From Candidatus Omnitrophota bacterium (lineage in GTDB: Bacteria; Ratteibacteria; UBA8468; MWAK01): a stretch of 44,682 nucleotides of DNA. The DNA lies in the NCBI GenBank assembly GCA_043826355.1, contig JBDRQI010000021.1:1-44682 (forward strand). The letters are read 5' to 3'. The translations under genes were made by a program, and so were the position numbers. Below are positions 8,095-17,077 of this stretch, in pieces (the first letter of the stretch is position 1; every line of letters begins with the position of its first letter). Below the pieces are notes generated by a model. The model worked only from the letters and a program-made list of their open reading frames with translations, was not told the origin of the DNA and did not search any database.

Positions 8095-9159
8095 TTATTT
8101 TTCGGTTTCAAAACTATTGGTAAACTCCATCAGGGATTTTAATTTCGCCAGCGCCCGGCCGGATTCTATCACCTCCACGGCGTAAGCGACGCCTTTCTTC
8201 CAATCATCCGCCCGGCCTGACGCCATAAAAGCGGCGCCGGCATTCAGAACAACCATGTCCCGCGGCGCGCCCTCCTTCCCTTCTAAAACGGAAAGGATGA
8301 TTCCGGCGTTTTCCTCTGCATCTCCGCCCCGGATGTCAAGCAGGGAAGCCCGCCGCATCCCAAAATCTTCCGGTTGAACCCGGTAACTGATGACGCGGCC
8401 GTCCTTAACCTGTGAAACAAAAGTCTCGCCCACAATACTGATTTCGTCAAAACTGCCTTCTCCGTAAACCACCAGGGCGCTCCGGGTCCCCAGATTAAGC
8501 AGAACATTTGCTATCTTTTCGGTCAGATTTGCGTCGTAAACGCCCAACACTTGAACGTTGGCCCCGGCCGGGTTGGTAAGCGGACCCAGGAGGTTGAAGA
8601 TGGTCCGGATGCCCATCTGGGTGCGCACCGGCAAAGCGTATTTCATCGCGCTGTGGTACAGCGGCGCATAAAAGAACCCGACACCCACTTGCTCCACGCA
8701 AGACTTCACTTTTTCCGGAGTAATATCGATATTTACACCCAGACCGCGGACTACATCTGCGCTGCCGCAGCGACTGGATACGGAACGGTTGCCGTGTTTC
8801 GCCACCAGACAGCCGCCGCCGGCTACCACCAGAGCGGTAGCCGTGGAAACATTAAACGTATTGGTGCCGTCTCCGCCGGTACCGCAGGTGTCAATAATCG
8901 TCTCGCGATCAAAATTAATATCGTCCCGGTCAAGGTCGATTATCTCTTTATCTATTTCTATCCGCAGAACCTTCTCCCGCATCACCCGGGCACAGCCGGT
9001 AATTTCGGACACCGTCTCGCCCTTCAGCCGTAAGCCCATCAGGAAAGCGGCTATCTGGGCTTCAGTCGCCCTGCCCTCCATAATTTCGGTCATAGCGGCC
9101 GCCGCTTCCTGCCCGGACAGATCTTCCCCTCCGGCCAACTTCGCAATTATCTCTTTCAT
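8095..9159 (-). CDS. trpD: Anthranilate phosphoribosyltransferase
   Basis: DTCGTGGDG, FNVST, AKHGNRSVSS, RTIFNLLGPLTNPA. Start is ATG 9159 or TTG 9168. Confidence 0.95.
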   Translation of the reverse strand: MKEIIAKLAGGEDLSGQEAAAAMTEIMEGRATEAQIAAFLMGLRLKGETVSEITGCARVMREKVLRIEIDKEIIDLDRDDINFDRETIIDTCGTGGDGTNTFNVSTATALVVAGGGCLVAKHGNRSVSSRCGSADVVRGLGVNIDITPEKVKSCVEQVGVGFFYAPLYHSAMKYALPVRTQMGIRTIFNLLGPLTNPAGANVQVLGVYDANLTEKIANVLLNLGTRSALVVYGEGSFDEISIVGETFVSQVKDGRVISYRVQPEDFGMRRASLLDIRGGDAEENAGIILSVLEGKEGAPRDMVVLNAGAAFMASGRADDWKKGVAYAVEVIESGRALAKLKSLMEFTNSFETEK

Positions 9160-9454
9160 AAATGACAACTAAATTAGAAAACCAGCAGAAAAATCTTATC
9201 AGAAAACAGTGCAGAACGTCAAATCAACCGGTGCCGTTATCTAAAAACTTTTCAGATTGCATGTTTTCCGACTTCAGTGGAGACAATCGCCCGATTCAGG
9301 TCTGCGGTTTGATGCCGGCCCGGGCCATTATTCCGGGTAATGCTTCTACCTTCCAAATTGTACTTCTTCCTGCATTCCAAGGTCAACTGCCGGCGGTATT
9401 TTCCCCCGCTGCCCGGGAATAGCTGCGCAAAAAATTTATCCGTAAAGCGAAGAT

Positions 9455-9484
9455 TTGACAGACAAGGCAAAAATGTACTATTCT
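9455..9484 (+). promoter_or_regulatory. Putative sigma70 promoter of the sugar operon
   Basis: Perfect TTGACA at 9455, then TACTAT (15-nt spacer) or TATTCT (18-nt spacer). SD GGAGGA precedes ATG 9530. Confidence 0.4.
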
Positions 9485-9529
9485 ACAACCTAATATCGGT
9501 ATATTCCCTGCCCATAACTGGAGGAAAAC

Positions 9530-10540
9530 ATGGCAATAACTCAAACTGCGATAAGTTATTATGGCTTGAATTACGTGGAACATGCGGAAAAAGATTTTCA
9601 GGAGATGCTGGAACACGGATGTACCACCGTGATTCTGGCGGTAACGGAATTCGATGCAGATTTTTGGTTTCCGAGCATTCCGAAAATTGTGAATAAAGCC
9701 CGGAAACTTGGCTTGAGGGTGCTTCTTGACCCCTGGGGTATCGGGAAATACTTCGGCGGCGAGCAGGTAAGTTTGTTCCTGCAGAACAATACGGAAAACC
9801 GTCAGGTTTCCGCGTTTACCGGCGAAAAATTGCCGCATGCCTGTTTTAATACGCAGTCTTTCCGGGATTACTTCCAGCGGATATGCCTGAAGCTGGCCGG
9901 CGAAACTGCCGCCGACGGTTTTTTCTGGGACGAACCGCATTATGCGCTTTCGAATACCGGTACTGACGACTGGACCTGCCGCTGCCCGGTTTGTATGAAG
10001 AAATTTTTTGACTATTACGGCTATGAAATGCCGAAAATGATGAACGATGACGTCAAGCAGTTCCGCTGGCGGGAGGCCCTTTTCATTCTGGAAGACACGT
10101 CACGGAAAATAAAGGGAATTAATCCGAAATCAGAGATTACCTGCTGTGTCCTGGCCACGCCCAGCAATTACTACGTTACGGAATATCGCGGCTATGATAA
10201 TTGGGACCTGGTGGCGGCGTCTCCGTATTTTGACGTGTTTGCGACGTCAATCCTCGGCTGGGATATGCCGGAATCGCTTTTCGAGCACATTACGAAGCGG
10301 ACGGTGGATATCGCTAAAAAATACGGTAAAAAATCCGAGCGCTGGATTATGAATTATTATCAGCAACCGCATGATTTCGCGCAGGTGGACCGGTTAGTTA
10401 ACCTGTACGAAAAGCTGGGCGTTGACCGCATAGGAGCCTGGACCTACCGCGGCGGTTACGGAACCGTTTTGGCGGCGCCCGACGCATTGAAGCTGTGGGA
10501 CCGGCTCGGAGAGAATTATAAACGCGTGTTGAAAAAGTGA
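9530..10540 (+). CDS. Hypothetical glycoside-hydrolase-like TIM-barrel protein
   Basis: DGFFWDEPH and CRCPVC cysteine cluster reminiscent of GH42-like/uncharacterised GH barrels; sugar-gene context; good SD. Confidence 0.55.
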   Translation: MAITQTAISYYGLNYVEHAEKDFQEMLEHGCTTVILAVTEFDADFWFPSIPKIVNKARKLGLRVLLDPWGIGKYFGGEQVSLFLQNNTENRQVSAFTGEKLPHACFNTQSFRDYFQRICLKLAGETAADGFFWDEPHYALSNTGTDDWTCRCPVCMKKFFDYYGYEMPKMMNDDVKQFRWREALFILEDTSRKIKGINPKSEITCCVLATPSNYYVTEYRGYDNWDLVAASPYFDVFATSILGWDMPESLFEHITKRTVDIAKKYGKKSERWIMNYYQQPHDFAQVDRLVNLYEKLGVDRIGAWTYRGGYGTVLAAPDALKLWDRLGENYKRVLKK

Positions 10541-10587
10541 TTTTACGTTTACGACTATAAAATGCAAATATTAAAGCCGAGGTGATT

Positions 10588-11340
10588 ATGTTGAATGATT
10601 TCGGATACGTGGAGAAGGCTTTCGCAAACATCCGGCGCGTCAAGGAAGAACAGGGTGGTAATATCCAGGCGGCGGCAAAATTGATGGCCGATGCCATCGC
10701 CGCCGACAAGGTGATCAGCGTTTACGGCGGCGGCGGCCACACCACGCTGGTGATGGGAGAAATGTTCTTCCGCGCCGGCGGCTTGAGCAACATCAATCCG
10801 ATTATGGAAACCGGGCTTTCCGTGTTTAATCAGGCGTTGAAATATCTGGAACTCGAACGCTGCGTCAACTACGGCCGGTCAATTATGAAGTACTATAACC
10901 TGCAAAAAGACGATGTCCTGATTATTTTCCACAACATCGGGATTAACGCCGCCACGATTGACGCGGCGCTGGAAGCCAAAGAACGCGGGGTGAAAATCAT
11001 TGCGGTATCCAGCAGCTATTGGCAGAATGAAATGCCGTCGGACCACTTTATCCGCCACCCTTCACGGAAAAACCTGTTTGACCTGGCCAACGTGTGTATT
11101 GACGACTACAATCCGGTAGGCGACGCAATTGTAAAAATCCCGGGTTTTGAAACTTCGGTCGCGCCGGTTTCCAATATAGTGGATTTTACGATAGCCCATC
11201 TGCTGGAGATCGAAACTATCCGGCTCTGCGTCGAACGCGGAATCGCGCCGCCGGTCTGGAGCAGCGCCAACGCCCCCGGCGGTGATGAAAAAAATGCGGG
11301 GTTCCTGGCAAAATACAGTCCGAGAATAAAATCGCTGTAA
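10588..11340 (+). CDS. SIS-domain sugar isomerase-like protein (UPF0309-like)
   Basis: YGGGGHT, EMFFRAGGL, HNIGINAATID, GDA, APVS and PPVWSSAN motifs. Start ATG 10588 after GAGGTG. Confidence 0.85.
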   Translation: MLNDFGYVEKAFANIRRVKEEQGGNIQAAAKLMADAIAADKVISVYGGGGHTTLVMGEMFFRAGGLSNINPIMETGLSVFNQALKYLELERCVNYGRSIMKYYNLQKDDVLIIFHNIGINAATIDAALEAKERGVKIIAVSSSYWQNEMPSDHFIRHPSRKNLFDLANVCIDDYNPVGDAIVKIPGFETSVAPVSNIVDFTIAHLLEIETIRLCVERGIAPPVWSSANAPGGDEKNAGFLAKYSPRIKSL

Positions 11341-11397
11341 GAGCCAAAAAGGAAAAACGCGAAAAACTTAATAAGGTTGGGAAAAGGAGATTCTCGC

Positions 11398-12051
11398 ATG
11401 GGTTCGGAAACGTTGTTGATTCCGCTGGAAGCAGAGAAAAAAGCGGTTGATGACCAAAATTTTTATTCGGCTTATCCGCTGCGGGAATGGGCTTTGGTGA
11501 AAAAAATCCGGCAGATGATGCTGGATAATATCTGCGGAGGGGAGCTTTGTTCCCTGCGTTTTACCTGGCAGCGGCCCAAGAAAGAAGCGTCTGATGAAGC
11601 GGTTTTCCTGTATCAGACACTGCCGTGGCTGTTAGACGCCGCCTGGCTGTTGGCGGATGCGCCGTTGACTGCGCTGCACATTGAACGGGTAGCGAAGAAA
11701 AATAATCTGTTCGCGCTGGCCATGTTTGAAAACGGCGTCGCCGCCGAAATTGAGATGAACGAATGCCTGCCGGATTCGATGCCGGCGACTAATTTTATCA
11801 AGGCCAATTTCAAGCACGGTTGTCTGACCAACCAGCCGGTAGTCGGACATTTCAACGAGGAAGGCTCAATCCTGGCCGATGATTCCGTTGCGCGGCGCCT
11901 GGTCATTGAAAATTCCGAATGGGACGACTGCGGCGATGAAATTGAAATATGCCGCCGCAGCATGTTGTATGCGATTAAAAAAGGGACCTATCCCGCCGGG
12001 CCGCTCAACAGCCGGGTAATCATCAAGGCAATTAAGGAAGCGTTGAAATGA
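11398..12051 (+). CDS. Hypothetical protein resembling only the C-terminal domain of Gfo/Idh/MocA oxidoreductases
   Basis: SD AGGAG. Segments YPLREWALVKKIRQMM..GELCSLRF, WLL, ALAMFENGVAAEIE parallel the Gfo C-domain; no Rossmann motif. Overlaps next gene (ATGA). Confidence 0.5.
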   Translation: MGSETLLIPLEAEKKAVDDQNFYSAYPLREWALVKKIRQMMLDNICGGELCSLRFTWQRPKKEASDEAVFLYQTLPWLLDAAWLLADAPLTALHIERVAKKNNLFALAMFENGVAAEIEMNECLPDSMPATNFIKANFKHGCLTNQPVVGHFNEEGSILADDSVARRLVIENSEWDDCGDEIEICRRSMLYAIKKGTYPAGPLNSRVIIKAIKEALK

Positions 12052-13148
12052 ATCCGATAAAAATGGTCATCACCGGGACGGCGGAAGGGCATATGGGGGG
12101 CTATCTTAGCGGAATCGGCCGGGGGAAAGCGCCGGAATTTGAGTGTATCGCGGTTTCTGATTTTGACCCGGCCCGGCTGAAATGGGCAAAAGAATTACTC
12201 GCCGGCAAACCGCGATTTTTTTCTGACTGGCGGGAAATGCTGGACGCCTGCCCGGAAGCGGAAGCCGTTATCATCGGCAGCGATAAGAAGTATCATTTTG
12301 AGATGTTCCGGGAGGCAATCCGACGTAAATTGCATATCTACAGCATGAAGGTTGTCACCATGAATGAAGCCGAATGCGCCGAACTTCTGGCCTTAACCCG
12401 GAATTATGGCCGGACTATCCAGGTGGAACTTGAATTACATTTCGGTCCGCAGTTTCAGTACGCCAAAAAACTGGTTGAATCGGGTAGACTCGGTAAAATA
12501 GAGTCTATTTATCTGACCAATATCTCTATCAGCCCGATCGATTCCATCCCCAACCTGGGCGATCCGGAATTACACTACGGCAGCACTGTTCCCATCAGGC
12601 CGGGCGCAAATATTTTCCGGGGCGGGGCGGTGACCGACCATCCGCATCCCTACGACCTTATTCGCTGGATTACCGGAGGGGAATTCAAAAAAGTGTTTGC
12701 CGTCAGCGCCAAAAACCAGCGCGACCACTTGAAGGTTGAGGACCATGCCGCCATCACCGGCGAATTGCATAACGGAATAAAGGTTTTTATTAACCCGTCC
12801 TACTCCAACCTGGAGGAAAAGTCTTTAGTCTACCGTCAAATTTGGCCTAAATCGCTGGAATGCAACCTGAAAATCACCGGGACGAAAGGATATTACGCGA
12901 CGGATTATTTCGACAAACATATTTATCTTACCGCCAATAATTTTGAGTACCCGGACAAGATGATGGTTGGCGGAACCGGCCGGGTTTCGCTGCACCCTGA
13001 AGACAGCAGTTTGTTGGGTTCTTTCGCCCAATGCGTCAGAGGTCTTCGAGCAAAGCCGGAATCAACACTGGCCGACGGTATCGCGGCGGTCAAAGTCATG
13101 AACGCCGCCTATGAATCTATCTACCACAATAAAGAGATTTATCTGTAA
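12048..13148 (+). CDS. Gfo/Idh/MocA family oxidoreductase
   Basis: FSDWREMLD..EAVII, GRLGKI, GGAVTDHPHPYDLIRW, VEDHA, DGIAAVKVMNAAYES. Confidence 0.88.
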   Translation: MNPIKMVITGTAEGHMGGYLSGIGRGKAPEFECIAVSDFDPARLKWAKELLAGKPRFFSDWREMLDACPEAEAVIIGSDKKYHFEMFREAIRRKLHIYSMKVVTMNEAECAELLALTRNYGRTIQVELELHFGPQFQYAKKLVESGRLGKIESIYLTNISISPIDSIPNLGDPELHYGSTVPIRPGANIFRGGAVTDHPHPYDLIRWITGGEFKKVFAVSAKNQRDHLKVEDHAAITGELHNGIKVFINPSYSNLEEKSLVYRQIWPKSLECNLKITGTKGYYATDYFDKHIYLTANNFEYPDKMMVGGTGRVSLHPEDSSLLGSFAQCVRGLRAKPESTLADGIAAVKVMNAAYESIYHNKEIYL

Positions 13149-13283
13149 TTTTTAAATTTTCAATCAATTAACCATGTGATTCACAAAAAAAGAAACTACG
13201 GTAAAGGATTTGCTGAAGCGGCTGTCAAGACGCATTAATTAACAGGGATGATACGGGAAGAAAAAACAGAAAAAAGAGATGCG

Positions 13284-14468
13284 TCAAATTAGATGTTGAA
13301 AATCCTTGATTGTCTTGCGCAGTATTTCCGCCTGATTTTCCGCTTCGGTTAAATTCCAGTAATTGGTTTTGAATTGGAGCATCCTCTTCTGCAGATATTC
13401 CGCGTTGGGACACAAGCCGCGGGTATACTTTTGCCGGATGCCCGGGTAACTCTGAACTTCGTTTTGAAAATAGGGTTCTTGATAGGTCGGTTTCCAGGCC
13501 GCGTAGATTCCATCACCGCCGTTCTTAACAAAGAGACTGCGGAATTGGTGCCAGCGCTCTTCCGGGTTATCAACATCCAGAAGCACGCTGTAGGACCAGC
13601 AGGAGTTTGTGTATCCCTCGGGAGTGTGCTGAGGAATGAGACAGGGGATATCCCTGATAGCGGCGTTAAATATCCCGGCGGATTTGGTCCTCACTCCAAC
13701 CAATTCTTCGGCCCTTTCCAGCTGACCCAGGGCAACGGCTGCCTGAAGTTCTGATATCCGGTAATTAAAACCAAAACGGATATGACGGTCAAAATTTGGG
13801 TCCTGGATATCGGTTCTGGCAATTCGCCCCTTTTTAGCACCAATGCTTCCGTAGCCAAGACTGGCAAACTGGCGGGCCTTATCCGCCAGCGCTTCGCTGC
13901 CGGTAACCAGTATGCCGCCTTCCCCGCAGGTTAGGTGCTTTGAGGCCTGGAAACTGAAACTGGCAAAGTCCCCGAATTCGCCGACCAGTTTTCCGCGATA
14001 CCGGGACAGAAAAGCCTGCGCATTGTCTTCAATCAGAAAGATTCCCTTTTCCCGGCAAATTTTCAGGATTTGATCGTAGTCAGGAGCAAGACCGTAAAGG
14101 GAAACAACGATGACAGCCCGGGTTTTTTCAGTGATATTAGCCAAAATTGAATCCGGAGAGATATTAAAAGTCTTTTGGTCCACATCGGCGAAGACCGGAA
14201 TTGAACCATTGTGAAGCGCTGCCAGGGCCGGACTGGACATGGTCAAGGGCGGCACGATGACCTCATCACCGGGTTTTACGCCTAAAACCGCCAGGGCGGT
14301 GTGCATGGTGGCGGTGCCGTTGACAAAAGAGACGGCGAACTCGCGGTGGAAAGTCTCCGCAAACTTTGTTTCCAGACGTGCGGTAAAAAGATTGTTTTGG
14401 GAAGCCCGGAATTGATTGTCCAGAACTTCCAGAACGTACTTTTTTTCCAACCCGGAGATTCTTTCCAT
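13284..14468 (-). CDS. DegT/DnrJ/EryC1/StrS PLP-dependent sugar aminotransferase
   Basis: NGTATMH, PGDEVIVP, IEDNAQA, SFSFQASKHLTCGEGG (PLP Lys), GFNYRISELQAA. Confidence 0.93.
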   Translation of the reverse strand: MERISGLEKKYVLEVLDNQFRASQNNLFTARLETKFAETFHREFAVSFVNGTATMHTALAVLGVKPGDEVIVPPLTMSSPALAALHNGSIPVFADVDQKTFNISPDSILANITEKTRAVIVVSLYGLAPDYDQILKICREKGIFLIEDNAQAFLSRYRGKLVGEFGDFASFSFQASKHLTCGEGGILVTGSEALADKARQFASLGYGSIGAKKGRIARTDIQDPNFDRHIRFGFNYRISELQAAVALGQLERAEELVGVRTKSAGIFNAAIRDIPCLIPQHTPEGYTNSCWSYSVLLDVDNPEERWHQFRSLFVKNGGDGIYAAWKPTYQEPYFQNEVQSYPGIRQKYTRGLCPNAEYLQKRMLQFKTNYWNLTEAENQAEILRKTIKDFQHLI

Positions 14469-14476
14469 CTTTATTG

Positions 14477-14489
14477 TGATATAATATCA
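14477..14489. promoter_or_regulatory. Palindromic overlapping extended -10 elements (bidirectional promoter candidate)
   Basis: TGATATAATATCA reads TGaTATAAT on + and TGaTATTAT on -, within a 26-bp gap between divergent ATGs that lacks SD motifs. Confidence 0.55.
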
Positions 14490-14494
14490 TACTC

Positions 14495-15823
14495 ATGAAG
14501 AAAATTGGAATCGGCCTAATCGGTTTCGGCACAGTTGGAGCCGGCGTCGCCCGGATGCTCCTGGAACGGAAAAAAATCTTGTCGGAACGTGCCGGGTTTA
14601 TCCCGGAACTTGTTTCAATTTGCGACTGCGATTTGAAACGGCCTCGTCCGGTTTCTTTACCCGCCGGAATATTAACCAGAGATATCAAAAAAATTTTGGA
14701 AAATCCGCGGGTCCAAATAGTGGTAGAATTGGTCGGCGGCGTTGAACCGGCCGGTTCTTTTCTCCTGCGGGCGCTTAAAAATGGAAAATCGGTGGTAACC
14801 GCCAACAAAGCGCTCCTGGCCGAAAAAGGAGATTGTCTGTTCTCGGTTGCGGAAAGAGCAAAATGCCATCTTGGATTTGAGGCTTCGGTCGGCGGCTCCA
14901 TTCCGATCATTAAAACCTTGCGCGAAAGTTTTATTGCCAACAACATAACCTCTCTTTACGGAATACTGAACGGCACCACCAATTTCATCCTTACCCGGAT
15001 GGTTGAAGACCGGCTTTCCCTGGCAAAAGCGCTTACGGTTGCCCGGAATTCCGGTTTTGCAGAAAGAGACCCTTCCCTTGACCTTTCCGGCACAGACTCG
15101 TCGCATAAACTCTCGGTCCTGGCTACCCTGGTCACCGGTAAATTCTTTCCGGCATCCGGTATTCCGACCGAGGGAATTTCCGAAATTACGCCGGATGATT
15201 TGCAAGATGCGCAAGAGTTGGGATATAAAGTTAAACTGCTGTCCATATTAAAAATGTCCCCCCCACCGTCCCTCCCCCGCAAAGGGGGAGGGGAAAGTGG
15301 GATGAGCGTCAACCTTGCTACCTACCCGGCCCTGATTCCCAGCCGGCACATTTTAAGTTCGGTCCGTGATGTTTACAACGCTATCTTTCTTACCGGAGAC
15401 CTGGTCGGTGAAAGCCTGCTCTTCGGCAAGGGCGCCGGTATGGACCCAACCGCCAGCAGCATCATCAGCGACATCATCGGCATCGGCAAGGACCTGGTTT
15501 GCGGAGCAAAGCCCTCACCCCTTTCAATGCAGTCGGACAAAAAACTGCAATTGCAGACTGATTTTGAATGCCGTTACTATTTTCGTTTCTTTGCTCTGGA
15601 CCAGCCGGGTGTTTTCGCCCGGATTGCCGAAATCCTGGGTAAACACAACATCAGCATCGCCTCCTGCGTCCAGAAAGAAGAGAAACCGAAAAAGACAGTG
15701 CCGGTGGTGGTGTTGACACACAGCGCAAAGGAATCTGCGGTCAAAGCAGCGATTTCTGCCATAGACCGTCTGCCGGTGATTAAAGCAAAAACGGTGCTGT
15801 TGAGGTTGGCGTTTGACGGATGA
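14495..15823 (+). CDS. hom: Homoserine dehydrogenase with C-terminal ACT domain
   Basis: GFGTVG, VVTANKA, FEASVGGSIP, GILNGTTNFIL, GKGAG, DQPGV (ACT). Directly upstream of thrC. Confidence 0.96.
   Translation: MKKIGIGLIGFGTVGAGVARMLLERKKILSERAGFIPELVSICDCDLKRPRPVSLPAGILTRDIKKILENPRVQIVVELVGGVEPAGSFLLRALKNGKSVVTANKALLAEKGDCLFSVAERAKCHLGFEASVGGSIPIIKTLRESFIANNITSLYGILNGTTNFILTRMVEDRLSLAKALTVARNSGFAERDPSLDLSGTDSSHKLSVLATLVTGKFFPASGIPTEGISEITPDDLQDAQELGYKVKLLSILKMSPPPSLPRKGGGESGMSVNLATYPALIPSRHILSSVRDVYNAIFLTGDLVGESLLFGKGAGMDPTASSIISDIIGIGKDLVCGAKPSPLSMQSDKKLQLQTDFECRYYFRFFALDQPGVFARIAEILGKHNISIASCVQKEEKPKKTVPVVVLTHSAKESAVKAAISAIDRLPVIKAKTVLLRLAFDG
15258..15294 (+). repeat. C/G-rich palindromic element (family B) inserted in frame in hom
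   Basis: Perfect 9-bp stem CCCTCCCCC-GCAAA-GGGGGAGGG. Related intergenic copies at 29568 and 36672. Confidence 0.8.
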
Positions 15824-15834
15824 ATTTTAATTAA

Positions 15835-15866
15835 TGCAGGGGCGGGGATATAACCCCGCCTCTGCA
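15835..15866. repeat. Intergenic hairpin/REP-like palindrome
   Basis: TGCAGGGGCGGGG-ATATAA-CCCCGCCTCTGCA. Confidence 0.6.
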
Positions 15867-15874
15867 AATAATCT

Positions 15875-16933
15875 ATGGATATCAGCCGATATAAAGGGGT
15901 TATCGAACGATACCGCGATTACCTGCCGGTAAGTTCCAATACGCCGGTTATTTCCCTTTTGGAAGGCAACACCCCTCTCATTCCATCCGTCTTCTTAGGA
16001 AAGAAACTTGGCTTGCGGCTCTATTTTAAATTTGAGGGCGTCAATCCGACCGGCTCATTTAAAGACCGGGGCATGACGCTGGCGGTGTCCAAGGCGGTTG
16101 AAGCCGGAAATACTGCCGTAATCTGCGCCTCCACCGGCAACACCTCCGCCTCGGCTGCGGCTTATGCGGCCCGGGCCGGCCTCAAGGCGCTGGTGATAAT
16201 TCCGGAAGGCAAGATTGCCATGGGCAAATTGGCGCAGGCCTTAATTCACAATGCCCGGGTAATTCAAATCAAAGGAAACTTTGATACCGCGCTTAAACTG
16301 GTCAGGGGTATATGTGAAAAATATCAGGTTTCCCTGGTTAACTCCGTCAACCCCCACCGGATTGAAGGCCAGAAGACTGCGGCTTTCGAGATTATTGACA
16401 CCCTCGAAAAAGCGCCTGAGTATCAAATACTGCCGGTGGGTAATGCCGGAAATATCACCGCCTACTGGAAAGGATATAAAGAGTATCATCAGAAAAAAAA
16501 GATGGCTCGTTTGCCTCAAATGCTTGGATTCCAGGCAGAGGGAGCCGCTCCCATCGTTTTGGGCCATCCGGTAGCCAACCCGGAAACAATCGCCACCGCC
16601 ATCCGCATCGGCAACCCTGCCTCCTGGCAAACCGCGGTTGCGGCCCGGGATGAATCCGGCGGACTTATTGATAGAGTCAGCGACCATGAAATAACCGAGG
16701 CCTCAAAACGGCTAGCCGGCGAAGAAGGCGTCTTCGCGGAACCGGCTTCGGCCGCATCAATTGCCGGCTTGTTAAAACTCAGCCAAACCGGATACTTTTC
16801 CAAAGAAGCTCTGGTAATTGCAATCCTTACCGGCCATGGACTTAAGGACCCGCAGTTCGCCATCAGCGAGTGCCGCCTGCCGGAACCGGTCGCACCGGAC
16901 CTGAAGACGGTCGCAGAAGCCTGCGGTTTGTAA
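15875..16933 (+). CDS. thrC: Threonine synthase
   Basis: [16 protein letters not shown] (PLP Lys), [33 protein letters not shown]. Confidence 0.96.
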   Translation: MDISRYKGVIERYRDYLPVSSNTPVISLLEGNTPLIPSVFLGKKLGLRLYFKFEGVNPTGSFKDRGMTLAVSKAVEAGNTAVICASTGNTSASAAAYAARAGLKALVIIPEGKIAMGKLAQALIHNARVIQIKGNFDTALKLVRGICEKYQVSLVNSVNPHRIEGQKTAAFEIIDTLEKAPEYQILPVGNAGNITAYWKGYKEYHQKKKMARLPQMLGFQAEGAAPIVLGHPVANPETIATAIRIGNPASWQTAVAARDESGGLIDRVSDHEITEASKRLAGEEGVFAEPASAASIAGLLKLSQTGYFSKEALVIAILTGHGLKDPQFAISECRLPEPVAPDLKTVAEACGL

Positions 16934-16970
16934 CTGAAGCTTAATGTAAAACATCTAATATAACAACGGC

Positions 16971-17055
16971 GTCGTTGCGAGGAACGCTGTTTGTGACGTG
17001 GCAATCCCGTTTGTTTCGGGTTGAGATTGCCATGCTGGACTTCGCTCGCAATAAC
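16971..17055. repeat. Palindromic MITE/RPE-like element (family C)
   Basis: Ends GTCGTTGCGAG / CTCGCAATAAC with internal inverted GGCAATC / GATTGCC and a central CCCG/CGGG hairpin. Confidence 0.65.
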
Positions 17056-17077
17056 CCAAGACCAAGGAGAAAACCAA

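Noticed and set aside
8900..8965. Acidic extra segment in TrpD (EIIDLDRDDINFDRETI) considered as a repeat insertion
   Set aside because: The DNA is not palindromic, and I recall a similar segment in other TrpD proteins (e.g. deltaproteobacterial), so it is likely an inherited subfamily trait.
17021..17077. N-terminal extensions in the ORF track (dnaK from 17021; similarly accA 19392, CDF 25969, fabG 4999, acpP 4214, DoxX 44572)
   Set aside because: Downstream ATGs fit homologous N-termini and/or SD positions better; the dnaK extension is merely read-through of a repeat.
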